Source of the DNA: an uncultured Anaerolineae bacterium | GTDB lineage: Bacteria > Chloroflexota > Anaerolineae > Anaerolineales > Villigracilaceae | Direction: 5' to 3' | Assembly: GCA_903838415.1 (NCBI GenBank) | Contig: CAILYI010000279.1 | Location: 11,270 to 75,269, forward strand | Length of the DNA: 64,000 bases | Shown: positions 58,283 to 64,000 of the stretch, in pieces | How the letters are laid out: each line of letters starts with the position of its first letter | Numbering within the stretch: the stretch's first letter is position 1 | Made by a program: the position numbers and the translations under genes | The notes under the pieces: generated by a model | Seen by the model: the letters and a program-made list of their open reading frames with translations, nothing else | Database searches by the model: none | Told to the model about the DNA's origin: nothing

Positions 58283-59479
58283 TTAATAGCGGGTTTTCCC
58301 CGGCAGCTCTTTGGCGGATTGTTTATGGGAGCCGTCGTCGGTTTCGGCCCCGGCGCGGCGCAGTTCCAGCTCGAGCAATTGCGCGATTTGATTTTGTTCT
58401 TCGAACGAAACGACGGCCGTTTCGTGGGCGCGATGCAGCAAATATGGATACGGTTTGGCGCCCATGATGCGGCATTGATGGATCAGAATGGCGTGCAGCA
58501 TGTCCAGCTTTTCAGCATCGTCAGCCACCCATTGGGGGATTTCAACGCGCACCGGCCAGGGATGACCTTTGGTGCCGACGTTGAGATAGAAGAAGTGCAG
58601 GCTGAGCACGCCGCTGTAGCGTTTTTCGTTTTTGGCCTGGATTTTGAAAACAGCCGAGCGTTCTCCGGGTTGGAGCAGCGGATTGGTTTTATCCCCAAAC
58701 AGCCAGCGGTCGCTGACGCCGCGCAGGGGATGATATTCGCGCAGTTTTTTCAGGTCGTCATCGCTGGCGATGGCAAGTTCGAGCAGGCGGATGACCAGGT
58801 CGGCGGCGGGTTTGTCGACGTAACCGGCGGTGAGGATGCCGCGTGTTTGCAGGCGCGAGAGCACTGCCAGGTAGCGGGTGAGACCGGCTTCGTAGGCGCT
58901 GGCGTCTTCGCCGCTGGCGGAGCCCCATAGTTCGATCGGCCCATCGGTGAAGGTGATGATCGGGGCGCTGTCGCCATCCATTTGGGCGGCCAGGTCGTAG
59001 AGTTTGGTGCGCTCCTGTAAGTCGCGCTGCAGGGCGACCATGCCATCCGAGATGAGGCCGGAGGCGGTGTAGAGTTCTTCGTCAAATAACAACTGACTGT
59101 CGGTGAAGATTTGCGGGGTGGCGCCGCTGTTCAGGCGTAAAACAATCGCGCCGACGTTGATCAGGCCGAATTGCAGCGCGGCGTGCCGGTCGGGGTTGAT
59201 CTGTGAGCCGTCAGCGGCGATTAAAACCGCGTTTAACGGCGGGTCGGGCGGCGGGGCGTGAAAGTCGAGCCGCTCCTTAAATGGGGCGGCGCAGCGGATG
59301 GCGGGATCGGCCGCTTTGACGGTTTCCAGTTTCCAGCGCAATTCTTCCAAATTATCGGCATGCAGATTGAGCAAGGCGCGCGCCTGCTCACGGCGTTCGT
59401 CCAGCGTCTTTTTGCGCTGTTGGGCGTTGGCGCCAATTTCGCGGATTTTCTGGTAGACCTGCTGAAAGTCAATCGCCAT
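58283..59479 (-). CDS. nurA: NurA-domain nuclease-like protein
   Basis: 'VLIAADGSQINPDRH' gives the catalytic Asp context. 'PIITFTDGPIELWG' and 'TAGYVDKPAADLV' are also present. The stop lies 9 nt before the next gene. Confidence 0.75.
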   Translation of the reverse strand: MAIDFQQVYQKIREIGANAQQRKKTLDERREQARALLNLHADNLEELRWKLETVKAADPAIRCAAPFKERLDFHAPPPDPPLNAVLIAADGSQINPDRHAALQFGLINVGAIVLRLNSGATPQIFTDSQLLFDEELYTASGLISDGMVALQRDLQERTKLYDLAAQMDGDSAPIITFTDGPIELWGSASGEDASAYEAGLTRYLAVLSRLQTRGILTAGYVDKPAADLVIRLLELAIASDDDLKKLREYHPLRGVSDRWLFGDKTNPLLQPGERSAVFKIQAKNEKRYSGVLSLHFFYLNVGTKGHPWPVRVEIPQWVADDAEKLDMLHAILIHQCRIMGAKPYPYLLHRAHETAVVSFEEQNQIAQLLELELRRAGAETDDGSHKQSAKELPGKTRY

Positions 59480-59596
59480 GCGGAACTCCGTTAGGATAGA
59501 ACATTTGTTATAATTCTACTCGATTTGAACATTTTCGGGAACTTTTGCCGGATTTGCGCGTCTTGATAAAGTAAACTCATCTTCATAGGAGAAAAA

Positions 59597-60304
59597 ATGA
59601 AAACCAAAACTTTTGTATTTTCAGTTGTTGCGCTGTTTGCGGTGCTGTTGAGCGCCTGTGCGGCTCCGGCGGCTACTACGCGGACTTTGACGGTCAGTGG
59701 TGCGGGCTTGGTTTCGCTCAAGCCGGATATGGCGTATGTGTATGTGGGCGTGCATACCGAGAAGCCCAGCGCGGCGGAAGCGGTGGCGGTGAATAATGCC
59801 AGCACCCAGCAGTTGATCGATGCTTTGACGGCGGCGGGCGTGGCGGTGAACGATATCCAGACCACGAATTTCAGCATCTGGCAGAATAACCAGTATGGGC
59901 CGGATAACCAGCCGACGGGCACCAATTACGCGGTCGATAACACCGTCTATGTGACGGTGCGCAAGTTGGAAACCCTGGGCAGCCTGCTCGATGCGGCCGT
60001 CAAGGCGGGCGCGAACAATATCAACAGCATCCAGTTTGACGTGGCCGATAAGACCGCCGCGCTCAGCCAGGCGCGCGCCGAGGCCGTCAAAACCGCCAAA
60101 ACCCAGGCCGGTGAATTGGCTGCCGCCGCCGGGGTGACGCTGGGCGACGTTCAGAGCATCCAATATTTCGATGCCAGCCCTTCGCCGGTTTTCTTGGGCA
60201 AAGGCATGGGCGGCGGCGAGGCCAGTGTCAACGCGGCCATGCCGATTAATCCCGGCCAGATGCAGATCACGGTAACGGTGACGATGGCGTATGAAATAAA
60301 GTAA
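59597..60304 (+). CDS. SIMPL-domain (DUF541) lipoprotein
   Basis: 'LLSAC' lipobox. 'LTVSGAG.V...PD.A.V.VGV', 'A....N' and 'PINPGQMQITVTVTMAYEI' are typical of SIMPL. Confidence 0.85.
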   Translation: MKTKTFVFSVVALFAVLLSACAAPAATTRTLTVSGAGLVSLKPDMAYVYVGVHTEKPSAAEAVAVNNASTQQLIDALTAAGVAVNDIQTTNFSIWQNNQYGPDNQPTGTNYAVDNTVYVTVRKLETLGSLLDAAVKAGANNINSIQFDVADKTAALSQARAEAVKTAKTQAGELAAAAGVTLGDVQSIQYFDASPSPVFLGKGMGGGEASVNAAMPINPGQMQITVTVTMAYEIK

Positions 60305-60445
60305 GAAGTAAAAAGTAAAAAGGAATGAGTTTCCTCCCCGATACGGGGAGGAAGCTTTGTTTTGTGGGAGGCGGTATAATCTCCCCGTTCCTTATTGCTT
60401 GTTTCTCATTACTCACCTCTCATAACTTATCTCCCCGGAGGCGCT

Positions 60446-61339
60446 ATGTTAAAAGTTGGCTATATCGGTCTCGGTCTGATGGGCAAATCCATCGCCCGCA
60501 ACATTCTCAAAGCCGGATTCCCGGTGGTGGTTCATAATCGCAGCCGCGCCACGGTGGCTGAACTGGTGGCTGAAGGTGCGCGGGCAGCCAATTCAGCGGC
60601 GGAAGTGGTGGGACAGGTGGATGTGGTCTTCACCAACCTGCCGGATTCACCCGATGTGGAGCAGGTTGTGCTCGGCCCGGGCGGAATCCTGGAAGCGGCT
60701 CACCCGGGGCTGATCTTCGTGGATAATTCAACGATCAAACCCGCCACGGCGCGACAAATTGCCGCAAGACTGAGCGAAAAAGGCGCCTTTGCGCTGGATG
60801 CGCCCGTCAGCGGTGGCGATATTGGCGCGAAAAACGGCACGCTGACGATCATGGTCGGCGGTGACGCCTCCGCGCTCGAAACAGTGCTGCCGGTTTTCAT
60901 GGCGATGGGCAAAACCGTCACGCATGTTGGCGAGGCGGGCGCCGGGCAGGTGGCCAAAGCCGCCAACCAGATCATGGTCGCCGCGCAGATGGTGGCGTTG
61001 GGCGAGCTGTTGGTCTTTTCGCAAAAAGCGGGAGTCGATCCCAAAAAAGTGGTCGAGGCCATCAAGGGCGGCGCGGCCCAGTGCTGGACGCTGGATGTCA
61101 AGCCGCCGCGCCTGTTCGCGGGCAACCGCAATCCGGGCTTCAAGGCTTACATGCAGGCCAAAGACCTGAACATCGTGCTCGAAACCGCGCGTGAATACGG
61201 TGTGCCGCTGCCCGCCACGGCGGAGCATACCCAATTGTTCCAGGCCATGCTCCAGATGGGCATGGGCGAGCTGGATAATTCCGCGGTGCTGGGCGTGATT
61301 GAGGCGCTGGCGGGCGTCAAGTTGAATATTGAAGGATGA
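60446..61339 (+). CDS. NAD(P)-dependent beta-hydroxyacid dehydrogenase (2-hydroxy-3-oxopropionate / 3-hydroxyisobutyrate reductase family)
   Basis: 'VGYIGLGLMGKSIARN', 'DAPVSGG' and 'GAGQVAKAANQ'. GGAGG precedes the ATG at 60446. Confidence 0.88.
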   Translation: MLKVGYIGLGLMGKSIARNILKAGFPVVVHNRSRATVAELVAEGARAANSAAEVVGQVDVVFTNLPDSPDVEQVVLGPGGILEAAHPGLIFVDNSTIKPATARQIAARLSEKGAFALDAPVSGGDIGAKNGTLTIMVGGDASALETVLPVFMAMGKTVTHVGEAGAGQVAKAANQIMVAAQMVALGELLVFSQKAGVDPKKVVEAIKGGAAQCWTLDVKPPRLFAGNRNPGFKAYMQAKDLNIVLETAREYGVPLPATAEHTQLFQAMLQMGMGELDNSAVLGVIEALAGVKLNIEG

Positions 61340-61351
61340 AATTGAAAACAG

Positions 61352-62227
61352 ATGTCGATGCTTAAACGTTATTGGCCAACCCTGCGTGACTTCAGCCTGG
61401 TCTTGATCGGTACCTTTGTCCAGGCGATAGGATTCCGTGTTTTCCTGGTCCCGGCCAACCTGGCTTCGGGCGGAGTAAGCGGCATTGCGCAGTTAATCAA
61501 CTACTTCACTGGCTGGCCGATCGGGCTGATGGTTTTTATCGGTAATCTGCCGCTGTTTGTGCTGGGATGGCGTTTTCTGGGCGGACGGCGTTTCGCTTTG
61601 CGGACGGCGGTCGCCATTGTGGCGTTGTCGTTTTTCACGGACGCCCTGTTGTGGCTGCCGTTTTTTCCGCGCAACGGGTTGACGAATGACCTTGTGCTCA
61701 ACGCGTTGTACGGGGCGGTCGTCTCCGGGGTGGGTTACGGCCTGGTCTATCGCGGAAAAGGTACCAGCGGCGGCAGTGACATCCTGGCGCGGATTCTCAA
61801 TCACTATCGCGGGATTCCCATCACCCAGAGTTATCTCATCACCGATACCGCTGTCATCCTGGGCGCGGGGTTCATTTTCGGCTGGGATAAAGCCCTATAC
61901 GCCGTCATCACGCTCTACGTCAGCGGGATTGTGGTCGATACGACCATGGAAGGCGCGGGGACGGTCCGCACGGCGCTGATTATCACATCCGAAGCGCAGC
62001 TCGTGGCTGAGACCATCATGTCCAACATGGAACGCGGTGTGACCATTCTAAACGCCAGAGGCGCTTATACCGGGGAAGAACGACTTGTCCTGTACTGTGT
62101 GGTCAACCGCTCCGAGATCCCACAGTTGAAGGCGATTGTGCACGAAGCCGATGAACTGGCGTTTATGGTGGTCGGCGCAGCGCACGAAGCGCTTGGCGAA
62201 GGTTTTCAACCGTTGAAAAAACACTGA
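61352..62227 (+). CDS. YitT-family membrane protein (with C-terminal DUF2179)
   Basis: 'GGVSGIAQLINY', 'GTSGGSDILARIL' and C-terminal 'GVTILNARGAYTGEE..VLYCVV'. Confidence 0.85.
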   Translation: MSMLKRYWPTLRDFSLVLIGTFVQAIGFRVFLVPANLASGGVSGIAQLINYFTGWPIGLMVFIGNLPLFVLGWRFLGGRRFALRTAVAIVALSFFTDALLWLPFFPRNGLTNDLVLNALYGAVVSGVGYGLVYRGKGTSGGSDILARILNHYRGIPITQSYLITDTAVILGAGFIFGWDKALYAVITLYVSGIVVDTTMEGAGTVRTALIITSEAQLVAETIMSNMERGVTILNARGAYTGEERLVLYCVVNRSEIPQLKAIVHEADELAFMVVGAAHEALGEGFQPLKKH

Positions 62228-62310
62228 TCAGACTTGACTCGTGTCAAGCCTGATTATTAGCAGTTCCAGCTCAAAACCTTTTTGCCGTGGATTTCGCGGA
62301 ATAATACAAT

Positions 62311-62348
62311 ATTTTTGGCCGACTCGCAAGATTGAGTCGGCCAAAAAT
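62311..62348. terminator. Bidirectional intrinsic terminator
   Basis: atttttGGCCGACTC-gcaagatt-GAGTCGGCCaaaaat. Confidence 0.85.
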
Positions 62349-62355
62349 ATTCTGC

Positions 62356-63030
62356 CTATTTCCCAAACTGACCGACCGCCCCGGCAATCAGGGCCATCTG
62401 TCCCAGGTGGTAAGTGATTATCAAAGCCAGCTGTCCGCCGCGAACCGGTCGGACGAATTTGTTCCAGGCCAGCAGCATGTCTGACGAGATGAATAAAACC
62501 GCCCCGAGGCTGACCAGATAGGCGGGCGTGGAGGCCCATTCGGTGCGGAACAGCGTCATCAGCGCCGAAAACAGCATCAGCGAGATGACGGTGGCATAGA
62601 CTCGCACAGGTTCGACCAGCTGTCGCAAGCCTTTTTTTGCCATCCCGAGCAAAATCCGCCGGATGAGTGGCAGGGCGGAGACCAGCACCATTAGCGCAAC
62701 GACAAAGGTCATGCTGTTGAACGCTGGCGGAGGGGTATTGAATCCGAGAATGTAAGCCACATGCGCCAGCAGGAAGGCTCCCAGCCCAAACAGGAACCAG
62801 CGCCGTTCGTTGGACAGCATCAGGAAAATATCTCCTGCCAGCGAAAGCAAGATTCCCAGCCCAAACCACAGCAGCGATCCACGCAAGTCGCCGGTCAGCA
62901 CCAACCAGGCCAACAGAAAGACCATCACGCCGGGTTTGGCGAAGTATTCCACTTTGCGCCAGTTTTTGTAGACAGCAACCCATTCGATGACCGCAGTCAC
63001 GATGGCAAGCGCGAACAGGGTGGTGGACAT
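62356..63030 (-). CDS. YhhN-family lysoplasmalogenase-like membrane protein
   Basis: AAGGAGAGA SD precedes the ATG at 63030. Polytopic, with 'YFAKPGVMVFLLAW', 'LLSLAGDIFLM' and 'GAVLFISSDMLLAWN'. Confidence 0.8.
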   Translation of the reverse strand: MSTTLFALAIVTAVIEWVAVYKNWRKVEYFAKPGVMVFLLAWLVLTGDLRGSLLWFGLGILLSLAGDIFLMLSNERRWFLFGLGAFLLAHVAYILGFNTPPPAFNSMTFVVALMVLVSALPLIRRILLGMAKKGLRQLVEPVRVYATVISLMLFSALMTLFRTEWASTPAYLVSLGAVLFISSDMLLAWNKFVRPVRGGQLALIITYHLGQMALIAGAVGQFGK

Positions 63031-63075
63031 TGTCTCTCCTTGCATAAGGGCGACCCACTGGGCCGCCCCTATCAT

Positions 63076-63996
63076 TCATTTTTTGTTTTTCTTCTTTGGT
63101 TCGATCTTGTACCCGAATCTCCGCAGGGATGATTCGTCGTCGCGCCAGTCTTTTTCGACCTTTACGCGCAGTTCCAAAAACACTTTGCGTCCGCTCATCG
63201 ACTCGATTTCCTGCCGGGCGGTGATGCCGATTTTCTTGAGCATGCTGCCGCCTTCGCCGATCATGATTCCTTTTTGCGAATCGCGCTCCACAAAAACGGT
63301 GGCAGAGATGTGCGCGCCCTTGTCGCCGCGCTCGGTGAATTCGTCGATGCGCACGTTGACGCCGTGTGGCACTTCGTTGCGCAGATGAATCAGGCAGGCC
63401 TCACGGATCAGTTCGGCAGCGATTTCGCGCTCGTAAAAGTCGGTGATCTGACCTTCGTCGAATTCCGGTTCGCGCAGCGGCATTTTGGCGATTAACGCTT
63501 CCAGCAGCTCGTTGCGGCCCTCGCCGCGTGTGGCGCTCAAAGCGAAAATCTGGACATCGCTGACGAGTTCGCTGTAGGCGGCCAGTTTGCCGGGAATCTG
63601 ATCAGTCGGGATCAGGTCAATTTTATTGAGAGCCAGGAAGAGCGGCGCGCGTTTTTTCATCTGCGCCAGGGTGGCGGCGATGCGCTGATCGTCGTCGGTC
63701 GGCCCTTCGGAGGCGTCTACCAACCACAGGATCACATCCACGCTTTGCATGGCTTCTTCGGCTTCCTGGTTCAAAAATTCGCCCAGCTTATGGTGCGGGG
63801 TATGGATGCCAGGGGTATCGAGAAAAACAAGTTGCATTTCGTCGGTGGTGAGAATGCCCATCTGGCGGCGACGGGTGGTCTGCGCCTTGGGGGTGACAGC
63901 CGCAATCTTTTGGCCGAGAAAAGCGTTTACAAGGGTGGACTTGCCCACGTTCGGGTGTCCGATGATCGAGATAAAGCCGGATTTCTTTTCAGTCAT
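63076..63996 (-). CDS. era: GTPase Era
   Basis: G1 'GHPNVGKST', G3 'DTPG', G4 'NKID' and a KH domain 'VERDSQKGIMIGEGG'. A Lys-rich C-terminal tail is present. Confidence 0.93.
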   Translation of the reverse strand: MTEKKSGFISIIGHPNVGKSTLVNAFLGQKIAAVTPKAQTTRRRQMGILTTDEMQLVFLDTPGIHTPHHKLGEFLNQEAEEAMQSVDVILWLVDASEGPTDDDQRIAATLAQMKKRAPLFLALNKIDLIPTDQIPGKLAAYSELVSDVQIFALSATRGEGRNELLEALIAKMPLREPEFDEGQITDFYEREIAAELIREACLIHLRNEVPHGVNVRIDEFTERGDKGAHISATVFVERDSQKGIMIGEGGSMLKKIGITARQEIESMSGRKVFLELRVKVEKDWRDDESSLRRFGYKIEPKKKNKK

Positions 63997-64000
63997 TTTT

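Overview
The window looks like a chromosomal segment of a moderately high-GC bacterium. The ABC substrate-binding lipoproteins have 'LSAC' lipoboxes and Ala/Pro/Thr-rich linkers, which suggests a Chloroflexota/Anaerolineae-like organism; that taxonomy is inference only.

Most of the window is housekeeping:
- 5'-truncated comEC, then icd, a DEAD-box helicase, ppgK, an aminotransferase, pcrA and mscL.
- An ~18-kb peptide/oligosaccharide ABC supercluster with 3 binding proteins, 2 permease pairs and 3 ATPase pairs.
- An orphan receiver/Roadblock-like regulator, tRNA-Gln(UUG), and glmU-cdd-folK-x-folP.
- A class A PBP homolog with degenerate catalytic motifs.
- cbpA-like dnaJ, htrA and era.

Two regions stand out.
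1. An ~9-kb low-GC island at about 42.7-51.7 kb, with every gene on the minus strand. It carries methyltransferase, GNAT, glycosyltransferase, beta-helix lipoprotein and acyltransferase-like genes. It also holds a RelE/Xre toxin-antitoxin pair bracketed by 29-nt direct repeats, a frameshifted TerB-domain gene, and an ~380-bp array of 21-bp tandem repeats.
2. A minus-strand operon at 55.5-59.5 kb encoding NurA-like nuclease, a stand-alone HAS-barrel paralog and a HerA/DUF87 ATPase. A lower-GC four-helix-bundle (23S-IVS/Avd-family) gene sits between the last two, flanked by inverted arrays of heptanucleotide repeats.

I consider this operon the best candidate for an undescribed multi-component system. 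All functional calls come from motif recognition by eye. No searches were run.
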